Source: Spizellomyces punctatus DAOM BR117 (lineage: Eukaryota). From it: a stretch of DNA of 64,000 nt. Positions 1 through 11,634 of this stretch are shown in pieces. The notes beneath the pieces are model-generated. The model did no database searches. It saw nothing but the letters and a program-made list of their open reading frames with translations, and was not told the DNA's origin. How positions within the stretch are numbered: the stretch's first letter is position 1; each line of letters begins with the position of its first letter. Location of the stretch: NCBI GenBank assembly GCA_000182565.2, contig KQ257464.1. The stretch is one strand, 5' to 3'. The position numbers and the translations under genes are program-made.

Positions 1-158
1 TTGGATCATCATATCATGTGACCAGACGCGATCTTGCAGCAAGTTGCTTCTTAACGCGTCCTCCTCGTCTTTGGCATTGAGGAAATTTCGTCACAAAATG
101 CACCCATTTATCTAGGGGATACTCCCAGCCTGGCATCAAAAGATTCCTGTGGATAGCT

Positions 159-3100
159 ATGACTGATTTCAGGACCAAAAATGTGCCACTGGACTGGAGT
201 AGGGTGCTCCAGTTCGACGTGGACGGGCTGTCTCAGCAGGTTAGTTCAAGTTGCTCTTTATACCTATTCCCGCGTGCTTGCTGATGTGTGTTTGTCGTGC
301 TAGCATCCTGAGCAGATTGATAAAGAGCTAGAAGACCTATATGAGGTGCTGGTGGAAGCCCACTTGCGCCCAGGCGACCCGCAGGCAACACCCGAAAACC
401 TGCTCCGCCTATTCCGAGTAACCCAAGCTGTTATGGAGTAAGTGCACGACGAAAGACTTATGTACCAGCTACGTAAAGGACGCATTTGGTGCGCACTTTG
501 AAGGCACATAGAATGTCGCGTGGGGCAGAATGGTAGATTATGGACCACTCAATTTAGATCCCCACCATAGGAATAAAAACCTTTACTTGGTACAAGCGGA
601 AGAGGACATACGCGCGCTTGAGGTGAGATTGGGCCGTAGTACACACACACTGCGGATATTGTTTGACCTATCGAGGCTGTTCAGACCCGAGTACAACAAC
701 AAGACGACGAGATGGACGGGTTAATGACCGGAGGAGACGCTTCATACGTTGCAGGTAGAACCACAGGCGATTAGCTATTTTCATAGACTTGAAATTGACT
801 GATTGGTTAATCTGGGGAAAGAAATTCGAACTCTTCGGGGAGATATTGAAGACCTTGAAAAGCGGAATGACGCATTGACCAGAGATTTAGCTGAGGCTGA
901 GGAGCAATTGGATGCTGAAAGGAGTACTATGAGGGAGATGACTGCGGTAAGATGTCATTTACACCAGTTAAAAATGGTAGTATGAACTCATGCATTGGTC
1001 GCACTTAGCAATTATCGACGGAGAGAGCGCGAGCATCCGCCCTTGAAGAAGCTGCCACCCGTATGAAGGCCGAAATTAAGGACTATCAATCCCAGATCCA
1101 GAACCGCAAAGACCGTTTGCAACTCAAGAATATGGACGAGGATCAGATCCGGAAGCAACTGCGGGTTGGCTTTTCCTCTTATTGGCCTATCGTCGTGACT
1201 AGATGGGGATTAACCCTCATTGGTCGAACATTGTCTGTATAGGAAAAGAACGGAGAGATTAACCGCTATCTTGCCGAGGTGGAACTGCTAAGTGCAGAGA
1301 ATACGAGGCTTACTGACGAAGTTCAGACAATGTCTCAGGAATTGGAGGCGACAGTAACGGAGTTGGACAGGTGCAGGAACTGAGTTTCGAGACGAAATGC
1401 TCCCTATCTGACAGCTCACATTTCTATTTACAGGAAGGAGAGCGAACTGGAGGAAATTCAGCGCGTCATTATTGATAATGACAACACCATCGATCAATTG
1501 ATCGACGAACGGGCGGCATTGCAGACGAAGCTCGAAGATTTGACCCAACAGGTTGAAACCGTGGGCTTTCAAGATGAACGCTTCCTTACCGAGCTTCAGG
1601 AAGAGGTGGAAAGTTACAAGCAAGCGATGCGGGATTCAGAGTCCGATGCCTCAGAAAAGGCCATGTTGATCCAGCGCTTGAAAGGCGACATCTTGAATTT
1701 GCAAGAGGAGCTGAAAACATATAATGTGGATGCGGTCAGCAAAGCGATGAGTGAGAAGGATGACATCATTGCAACATTGCAGGACAAACTCAACGAAGCT
1801 TATCACGATTTCGAGCTTTTGAGCATAGACTGGGACAATATTGATAAGGCTCTCTACACAAAAAGTGAAATTGACCTCGATTCTCTTCGTAGTCAATTGG
1901 AAACGGCGAATCAATTGAAAGAGAAACTGGACGCATATAAAGCTCGTCACAAAAAGAATCTACAGAAGATACGTGCCGTTGATGCCCAATTGGAGGAGAA
2001 GGAAAGAGAGTTGATTGGTCTAAGGGAACGGATCTCCCAATACGAAGGAGGCGTGTATGGATTGCAAGAAGCAGTCAAGGAAATTAAAGATTTAAAATTG
2101 CGGTTAAATTTACGTGACAAAGACCTGCTGTCCCGCACCCAACAAATCAACGAATGGGAAAGGCGGCTGGGAGACCTAATTGACGAAAACCAGGAATTGC
2201 GGCGCCTACTAGGAATGGATGAGAAATCTTCCGTGGATGTGACAAATGTCAAGCATATCAGAACTGTGGAACTCGAAAAAGCGCGGGCGCTTAACGAGCA
2301 ACTTCAACAAGAAATCGACCGACTCGAGGAGGAAAGACTTCAGCTGAAAGCGAGTTTGCGCCTTCGTGCTATGGAACGAGGAGAACGGGCGGTCCAATTA
2401 GGAATGACGGCTGAAGATATGGCAGGTTCGGCACTCTGAGTGTGTGGACCGACCATTGATATGCTCATTCCCGATTGTTAGACGTTGATGACTACGCTGA
2501 GAAATTGCGAATCAAGAGAGGAGAAGTTACCAGCGGCCACGCTCCAACTGCTACGGTCATACATAGTGATCAACTTGAGAAGCTGGCTGTAGAGTTGGAG
2601 CGGGCACAGGTAGACGGAAGTGAAGCACGGCAGCAAGTCAAAAAACTTGAGGTACCATACCGGTCATGCACCTCTCCTTGTCTTGAAGAGCTGAACAGGA
2701 CTCGCTTATTCCTGGGTTACAGGACGACATGCGCCGCCTCCAAAATGATAATGCAAATCTAGAGGCTGCGGTCAAAGAAGTTTCCCGTACCCTCATCCAG
2801 CTGCAACATAGCAATCAAGACAACTCGACGGAATCCCTGCTGTCGGAATTGAATGCTGTCCACAAGCTGGTAGACATCTTGGAAAAGAAGCAGAGAATCG
2901 AGAAAACGCGTGATTTGCTCGAGCTGGATGCTGGAAAGGACGTTCTCAAAGTGAACCAGGCAAGATCTTGTTTCCATTGGCGAGGTGCAATGAACATTTC
3001 TCTAAAGATGACAGATCACAGGCCTTGCGCGACGATTTGCAATCTGCTCGAGATAAGATTCGGCTAGCTCAGACAGAATTGGAAAACCTACGTGCGGAAA

Positions 3101-6100
3101 TTAGGCAAATCCGGGAGGATCGAGATCATTGGAAACTGGAAGCGCAGAATCCTAGAAAGCGTGCTGTTACTCTACCAACCGAGCTGTCGATGGGTAGCGC
3201 TGAAGATTATAGGGCGCTAGTCGAGCAATTGGTGGAATGTATTTTGGAACTTCAGACTAAAGATGCGGCCCTAGAGCAGAGCAAAGCGGCCTTGGAGAAT
3301 TATCGGGTTGGTATCATGAAGTTAATAACAAAGTCCACAGTGCCTTATGACACCAGCTTTGTAGGACTCATATGGTATGCTGGCCGGGCGGCAGCGCCAA
3401 CTGTATCGGGATTATCAGAACCTAAAGCAAGAGAATGCGGAAAAAGCGGCAGCACTGGAAGCGAATCTACGCGATGCAGATGCAGCAAGGGAAGCGGCAC
3501 AAACTCGCACGGAGGAACTCGAGACCTTGGTGGTCATTCTGTCGGCCGGATCGGATGAGTTGATCAAAAGCTCGCTAATTGAAGTGCAGCGGAAACTCAT
3601 GGTCCTGAAGATTAATGAAAAAGCTTTGACCCGTCGATACTTGGCATTACAGGAGGTGGAAAGCGGGTTGAGAACGGAGAATGAGAGATTGAAGGTTGTC
3701 CCGACCGAAACTCAAAAAAAATCTGAGATGCCAGACTGACATTGTACTCCTTGTCCTACCAGAATGATCTTCTACTCCTTGACAAAGCTTCCCGACAACG
3801 TATTGGATATCTTGCAGCGTCCAAGCGCGAGGCAAAGAGTAAGGTCCAGAGGTTACTCTCGGAATTATCTGGTAAGTGTACGCCTAGCTCTGATGGCTGA
3901 AGAGGTCAGATTGACTCGGCTCATTCTAATCTGAATCAGAGTCGGTGCCACGTAGCGAACATACTCAGTTGGAGAATCGCTTGAATCTTTACGTCGCCAA
4001 AAGTCGGCAGCTTCTTGAGAAGGAACAACATTGGATCGGCGAAAGAATCCGATGTGAAGAAGATGTACAACGTGCACAAACATTACAGAGCAAAATGCAT
4101 GTTGTTGAGCTTGAGTTAACGGAAGCCAAAGAGAAGGTATTGCATACCCGACATATATTTTGAGAACAGGCAAAACATTAACCATTGGCCATACGTTCGC
4201 GACGCTAAGGCTTCCAAAATGGAAGATGCTCTTCTTAAGGCGGCAGAAGTGCCAGGTCAGTTGTTGANNNNNNNNNNNNNNNNNNNNNNNNNNNNNNNNN
4301 NNNNNNNNNNNNNNNNNNNNNNNNNNNNNNNNNNNNNNNNNNNNNNNNNNNNNNNNNNNNNNNNNNNNNNNNNNNNNNNNNNNNNNNNNNNNNNNNNNNN
4401 NNNNNNNNNNNNNNNNNNNNNNNNNNNNNNNNNNNNNNNNNNNNNNNNNNNNNNNNNNNNNNNNNNNNNNNNNNNNNNNNNNNNNNNNNNNNNNNNNNNN
4501 NNNNNNNNNNNNNNNNNNNNNNNNNNNNNNNNNNNNNNNNNNNNNNNNNNNNNNNNNNNNNNNNNNNNNNNNNNNNNNNNNNNNNNNNNNNNNNNNNNNN
4601 NNNNNNNNNNNNNNNNNNNNNNNNNNNNNNNNNNNNNNNNNNNNNNNNNNNNNNNNNNNNNNNNNNNNNNNNNNNNNNNNNNNNNNNNNNNNNNNNNNNN
4701 NNNNNNNNNNNNNNNNNNNNNNNNNNNNNNNNNNNNNNNNNNNNNNNNNNNNNNNNNNNNNNNNNNNNNNNNNNNNNNNNNNNNNNNNNNNNNNNNNNNN
4801 NNNNNNNNNNNNNNNNNNNNNNNNNNNNNNNNNNNNNNNNNNNNNNNNNNNNNNNNNNNNNNNNNNNNNNNNNNNNNNNNNNNNNNNNNNNNNNNNNNNN
4901 NNNNNNNNNNNNNNNNNNNNNNNNNNNNNNNNNNNNNNNNNNNNNNNNNNNNNNNNNNNNNNNNNNNNNNNNNNNNNNNNNNNNNNNNNNNNNNNNNNNN
5001 NNNNNNNNNNNNNNNNNNNNNNNNNNNNNNNNNNNNAAATTGCATCAGCATATATTGACATTGCAAATGAGCGAAGCGACATTGTGCGAAGTTGGAAGCG
5101 GCTCATGCAAATGCGCTGAGACTAGAAAGCACAGTGGTGCAGGTAGGTGCAAACCTGCAGTCTCGAGTAAGCCTCACTACTTTTTAACCTAGATGTTTTA
5201 TTATCAGCTGGAGAAGAGCATCGATGAGCGCGACAATATCATTTTCCAGTTGCGACTAGACCAAAAGAGCAGTATGAGACTACTTCAAAAGAGTGCTAGC
5301 GATTTGCGAGCAAAACTTGCTGGCGCGGTTTATCTGGATAAATATGAGCGCGCATGCGAGCGTACGCGTATTTTGGAGGCTCGCAAAACCGAAGTGGATA
5401 AAAATCTTCAGACGTTGCTGGACCAAAAACGAGCTCTTGATGATAACCTAGCTGAAACCAAATTGAAGTTGGAATCGCAGGAAGAACTTTTGGAAGCTCT
5501 TCGAAACCATTCTGCAAGTACCGAACGTATTGCAGCATGGCACAGCAAAATGGCAGCCTTGCAGCTGGCAGATCTGCGGTTGCAGCGGGATATTGCTCGT
5601 GAGCGGGAAGCTTATCACGCCACTAAAAGGGAACTGCGTGACAATGTTGTTCGTTTGGCCCAACTGGAGGAAGAGTATGTATCATTACAAAGTGAATTCG
5701 ACGCACGACAGCTGGAGTGGGAAAAACGACAGGGAGACCTTGAAGCAACTATCTGCAACTATGAAGAGGAGCGTGACCGCATCTTTCAAGCAGCAACTGC
5801 TACAGAATTCAAAGATGTAGTCCCAGATCGCAGTCTCCCGGTCGGTCAACAATTGGAGACAGCCCTGCGTTTGCTAGTTGAGCGAGGGAGACTTGTCACG
5901 GCGCAGGAGATCAAGATATCCACCCTGGAGGGCAAGGTCAGAACACTGGAAACCCAGCTGCAAACTAATGTGGACGAGCTGTATAAAAGTAAATCAGACT
6001 TGACGCATTTGCGTCTCGAAGTCACAACAAAGCAAATACACGAAACGAACACCGCTCATAACATCATCACCGCCAAGGAAGGAGTTTCTACCTTCGACCA

Positions 6101-9100
6101 GGTGCGGGATCGGGAGGGCGAGGCAATTCGAGTGGCCAAAGAAACTGTTGCGTCGCTGCAGAGACAATTGTCCGCTAAAGATGAGCTTGTAGAAAAGTAT
6201 CGCAAAATGCTGAAAGATGTGCGCGGGGAAATGATGTCCCATAAGGAGGAGTACAAAACCGCCTTGCAAGAGCGTACGGATACAATCAATGCATTAAGTG
6301 ACAGGCAATTGGAAAGGATTCGGCGACCTCACGAGCATTCCCAAAGTACAGCAAACCGTGAACCAGAGGCTGACAGTGGAGCCATTGAAGAATGGGAGAA
6401 GATGCTAGCTGCCAAGGAACAGGAACTTTTAGGTTTGCAACTGCGGATGAAGGGAATTGAGGAAGTGGCCGAGGCGACACGTAGTGACCTGCAGGAGAAG
6501 ATTCACTTGTTGACTGCAGAGCTTGACGAAAAGCAGAACCAGATAGATGGAAAGATGCTGGAGTTGAGCAACATACGTTTGGAGCTGAAAGAAGCGCAGC
6601 TGAAAGCTGAAGAGCCTCCCTCCAAGAAAATGGTCAACCTTGTCAATCAGTTGCGGCAGGAGTTAGAAAAGAAAGATGCCAAGCAAGCTAACCTGATTAA
6701 AGTCATTCAAGAGCTCAAACAATCAATGATGCAGACAGCGGAAGAAGCTGCGAAAATGAAAATCGAAGAGAGCCACGGGCGAGCGGACGTGGAGGAGTTG
6801 GTACAACAGCGTACGAGGGAGTTGAGTGACCAGATTGCGGAGCTTGAGGGTAAAGGGCAAAGGATCAACAAAGCAAATGCTGGGGAACGGACCGAAGAAC
6901 AACTTGAAAAGTCTATACAGAAGCTAAAGGAGGAAGTTAGCAGACGTGATACTGTGATAGCAAACCAGGCGACAGAAATACGCAAGCTGCAAGGAAATCT
7001 GAAGGAGCGCAAATTGCAGATGACAAACAGCAAGATCAGTGAAGCACGTAATAAGGATCCTCACAAGCATCAAACTTCAGAAGAAGGGACTCTTGGAAGA
7101 ATCCGCGATCACCAGCCTCGAGCCGCCCAGGCTCTCAGAGCTGAAGAAGACAAAATTACTGACATTGCAAAGGAGAGATGGGAGATGGAGAAAAAATACC
7201 AGAAACGCTTGGAAACACTCAAGGAAAAGCTTTCTAATAAAATCAAAGAGTTAGAAGAGGCCTCACGCACAATATCTAGCTTACGTGAATCCCTTGCTCG
7301 GACCGAACGTGAGCGCAGCCGACTGCAGCATAAGCTGCAAGCTGCTTCCGCGCAATTAGCAGTCGCGCGGCAACTGCCGAAGGGTCAAGCATATGGTGAG
7401 GGCATCTCTGAGGAACTTCAAGGTGAGGAGCAAGCACTAGAACACCGAAGGCACCTCGATGAGCTAGAGAAATCGCGGCAACAAATATATGAGCTGGAAA
7501 CGGCAATCGAGCAGTGGAAGAAGGTAAGAGTTTTGCACATGTAATTGCTGTGGCGGTGAGGTCTGCTGCTGACCGTCTTGGGGTGTTTCAGCGCGCAGTC
7601 TTACAGCCAACCAAGGAAACAGAACAAGCGCGACATGAGGCCCGACAACTCCGAGAGCGCCTTCAAACTCTGGAAGAACTTAACGACCAACTACGCAGGA
7701 GCAGAGGCGCCTTCTCACGGTCGCCCGAACCAGGTGGGATTAATCCAGATGCAAAGATGGGTGAAAAGACAGCCAGTCTTGTCAGCGTGCTGGAGAGCAG
7801 AATTCGGGACTTTGTGGTATGCTGGGCAGTTTTTGAGGGCTGGCACTCCAAAGAGCTAACGTAACCGGTGCATAGAACAAATACGAAGCGCTCGAAACGG
7901 AGAAGCTCAAAACCGACAATGATTTGCTGGAATGCCGGTTTGAGAGGGATGAAGCAAACGACGCAAGAATGCGCCTTGAGCGGAGGTTACAAGAACTTGA
8001 AGAGGTAAAGTGTCTTCCCTTGAATTGGCAGTTTGAGCCGTGTCACGTATCAAGACTCCAATTTCATATATTAATGCCCTATGCGATTAGTACCTATCCC
8101 AGATCAAAGAAGCCGAAGAAAAGCGAAAAGTGGCTGAAAATCAGGCTACAATACCCGGCTTCACCATACCCCTCACCAAACTCCGGAGTGCGCCTCACCT
8201 GTTTTTGGAGCGATCGCCTCAAGAGCTGGTAGCAGTCATACAACATCTCGCCCGGAGCAATGAAAGACTACGGAAAGACTGTGAAAGCGTGAAAAAGTAT
8301 GGAGCAAGCCAGAGCAAGTATATGGAAGCGGTTAAGGAGATCAAGCGGCTAAAGAAGGAGCTCGGACAGAAAGGAGAGGAAACAAGAGCAGTGTCGGACG
8401 AAATGAAAAGAATTGCAAGGTACTTGGCGGGACTCCCTGATATACCGGGTGACCCTCATCTGACATTTTCCATTGACGGATACAGGGTGGAAGAAGAGAA
8501 TGCAAAGCTACTCCGTCAGCTTCGTCAAGAAAGGGATAAAGCCACCAAACACTTTGCTCGGGGACAGGAACTGGAGATGGCCAAAGAGAAACTCCATGAT
8601 GAGCTCATGCAAGTTCGGAAGACTTTAGGTGGAATAAAACTTGGCACCCCTGGAATTAATGAAGATGAACACTCTGAGGAAGAGAAAATGGACGTTGAGG
8701 CGCTGGTGGAAAGGCTAAAGGAATTGGTGAGGTTCTTCATCAAGTAGTAACCACGTTTTTTTAATTTTAAATTTACTGACGCTTCTCTGTATAGACGAAG
8801 CAATTGGCTGAACGAGATGGAATGATAGAAGGTTTTCTCAAAACAGACAACAACGAAACCACTAATCTTGCTGCGGAGAATCGCAAACTGAGCAGAGAGG
8901 TTAGTTGCTTTGATCTTGAGACAGTTGTAGATTTCGCAACCCATTGACCCCGACCGTAGCTTGAAATGTGGCGAGTACGTGCAACAAAGCTCACAGAGCA
9001 GATAGCATCAGAGACATCCCGATCACGACAACATGTCGTCAAACCGGGTGGCGAGGATGCAACCCGCGGCGCTTCACCGTCTGCTCTACCACGCGATAGT

Positions 9101-9417
9101 GAAGAGCTGGCGGCCCTGCAAAATAGATTGGATCAAGTCGAAAGGGAAAACGCGGAGCTCAAAGGTTGGCTGGCTTTCTTCTGTCCTGACCCATCGCTCT
9201 TGTCTGACAGAATATTCATCCGCTAGATGAGCTAGCTGCGTTTGATCCTGCCTTTTTCGAGGAATTGGAGGATCTCAAATGGAACTATCGGGAGAGCGTG
9301 CGTGTCAACCTTCAATATGAGGAAATAATACGGGATTTATGTGAAAAGGCGGGCGTCAGCCCTCACGCGGTACTTACGACAGTTGAAAAGGATGACCCCG
9401 AGGGTGGTGGAGGATGA
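159..9417 (+). CDS. CEP290: Centrosomal/transition-zone protein CEP290 (multi-exon; spans assembly gap)
   Basis: Spliced N-terminus MTDFRTKNVPLDWSRVLQFDVDGLSQQ...ENLLRLFRVTQAVME resembles the CEP290 N-terminus; internal YEGGVYGLQEAVKEIK, LEEERLQLKASLR, VPDRSLPVGQQLETAL, ERWEMEKKYQKRLETLK; C-terminal ELAAFDPAFFEELEDLKWNY matches the CEP290 FDPxFFEExEDLKxNY tail; long coiled coil; introns join the track ORFs. Confidence 0.93.
4268..5036. other. Assembly gap (run of N) inside CEP290
   Basis: Directly visible N run. Confidence 1.
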
Positions 9418-9553
9418 TGATGTTCTAGTTGATACTTTATACATGGTTTCCTGTGGAAGATGAAAATGCGGGCCCTTCTCGCCTATATATGGGTGATTTA
9501 GTGTTTTTGATGGTTCGCTTCGTTCAAATGAAGTGTATTGAAAGCTGTCTCGC

Positions 9554-9875
9554 TCAATCTCCACGCTTCCTTTTTGTTCCCCTCTCCAAATTTCCGTACT
9601 GTGGTTCTTCACGAGCTATCTTGACTCCAGGATTAGCCTCCTCATACTTCCGGAACTGACCGCGATGACTCTTACATGTTAATAATGTACAGGCCCAATG
9701 AGAGGAGAGACATTGTTTCCCCAACGCAACTTAACATTTTCAAAAGCATCCGCAGAGCTCGCTGTTTTTCGTTGCGAGGCATGCCACATCCAAGGTCAAT
9801 TAATTTCCCTGCAAAGAACATGTGCTTACTGCTTTCAACAACAATGCACCAATTCATCCCCGCCATTTTCATCAT
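9554..9875 (-). CDS. Possible small 3-exon protein (~57-62 aa), unknown function
   Basis: Exons 9875-9830, 9761-9736 and 9670 (or 9655)-9554 join in frame through GT..AG introns to give MMKMAGMNWCIVVESTSSADAFEN(SHRGQ)FRKYEEANPGVKIAREEPQYGNLERGTKRKRGD; no family recognised. Confidence 0.3.
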
Positions 9876-10019
9876 CTAATCACGGTGACTGTGGATGTTT
9901 ACTCTTCCAATCCTAAGCCTCGTTGCTACGCTAACTGTACATAAAGCTTCAAATTGTGCCCCAGATCTGTGGGGCAAAAGAGGCGAAAACTCTATGATAA
10001 GATGGTGGAAGATACAACC

Positions 10020-11021
10020 CTAGTCGCTGCTTGATGGGTTTGATGCGAAAGAGTTGTTTTCAGAGGACTTTTGCAGGTCGTTTTCGTTCGCCAATCCATG
10101 CTTTTTGTGTACTTCCAGGATATGATCCAAATCGAGCTCATCTGAATTTCTGGTAGTTGTCCTTAGAACACGTTCCATGAGAAGAATGGCGGCCGCGGAT
10201 TCTTCCGATGATGTAGAAGCAATGCAATCTATCAAGGATATACAAAATGTAGTCACCGTCGCGTGGGAGCGGTTGAAACACTGCACAAGCCTACCAACCT
10301 TTTGGCACAAAGGTAGCAAAGTCACGCATGTACGCATCGTTGGCGGTAAATAGAATGCAAACGTTCCCTGCCATCCCCACGATGATCAGTGTCTTTATCT
10401 ATGGTATTCCAGAGGTAGTTTAGTAACCTGGCCCGCCCATCTCGCTGTAAACGTTTCCTCTCACCCGTAGATATGTCAGTAGTGAATCGAGGGCTGTAGC
10501 ATAAAAAGCCGAATGCTTGGGTTTCAGCACGAAATAATCGTCCTGCATGCAGATGCTTTAAGCTAATCGAATCATGCACGAGGATAAGGAGGGACCTTAC
10601 CGATCGGGGTTTGAGCATTTCAGCAACAGCTTTGCCTGGCGTATTATTCTCGGTAACATGCTCATATATTTGTTGCAGATTTGACCGCCACTGACGATAA
10701 GGAACCCATGTGTTACTTTCTTGTCAAGTCTGCCGCGATTGACTCAATGCTCACCCTTCCAAAGTTGTCGTTGCAGTAGATAATCGGGATTCCAGAATCT
10801 CTACATTTATTCATTAAATTCCTGATCTTGGGTCCCATTTTCTTTGCTTCTTCGACTATATACTCGTTGCCCTCAAATTCAATGTCGTTTATCACATCAA
10901 CGAGCAGCAAGGCGACTCCAACACCAACGCCAGCTGCAATTCAAATAAGGTAAGAGCAGGTTGCGTTTGCCTAAATCGCATAGAACCCACCAGCGTCCCC
11001 TTCTGGTTGATCTCCCACCAT
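10020..11021 (-). CDS. Isochorismatase-family cysteine hydrolase (6 exons)
   Basis: ALLLVDVIND (catalytic Asp), IPIIYCNDNFG, DDYFVLKPKHSAFYAT (catalytic Lys), IIVGMAGNVCILFTANDAYMRDF (catalytic Cys), VPKDCIAS; five GT-AG introns. Confidence 0.9.
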
Positions 11022-11634
11022 GTTTGGAAGAGGAGCACCCGTGTGCTTTCTTGCCTTGTTCAGTTGTTCATGTATCTCTGCTTGACCGAAGTGTTGGATC
11101 CCTTAGGAAACCTCCTAATAACACAGGACAATTACGATTTCCCACCCTTTCTATGAGCCTCGCTTGGCATAGTGTGAGAGATATGTTCCCTTGGTTGCGA
11201 ATAAAAGTATCTTCTCCAAGATGGTCCACAGGTACTCGACGGATATAACGGTTTTGAGATGTGTGATACGGTCGAATCAAATATACAGAGAGGACGCAGC
11301 CAGCGCAGATGTTTGGGCTGCAGCCGACAACTCATTAAGGATTGTTTTTGCGAAAGACGATGCTCCAAACTCGTCCAAAGTCCGTCAAAAGCGGTGCAGG
11401 GCGAGCCGATGACGCTTCGATTACGATGTGGCTTGGCAGCGCGTCTCGATCACCAAAAGATTTCCTGGATCTTTGGTAATACGACTTGGGAATCAAAACT
11501 TGCCCACCGACCATGTCGCCATCCTTCAGCGAGATCCTGGAAATCCAAGTATAGGAGCTGTAAATTTCCCCCTCGGCTAGGATTTGAGAGTTTCCCATTC
11601 GGTCTGCCTTAGACTCGCCCATGTTTATAGTGCA

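Noticed and set aside
2951-3021. Possible GC-AG intron in CEP290 (CAG|gcaaga at 2960)
   Set aside because: An in-phase GT donor (gtgaac, 2951) lies 9 nt upstream, so GC use cannot be asserted.
3865-5106. Long ORFs of X residues
   Set aside because: Artefacts of translating the N gap.
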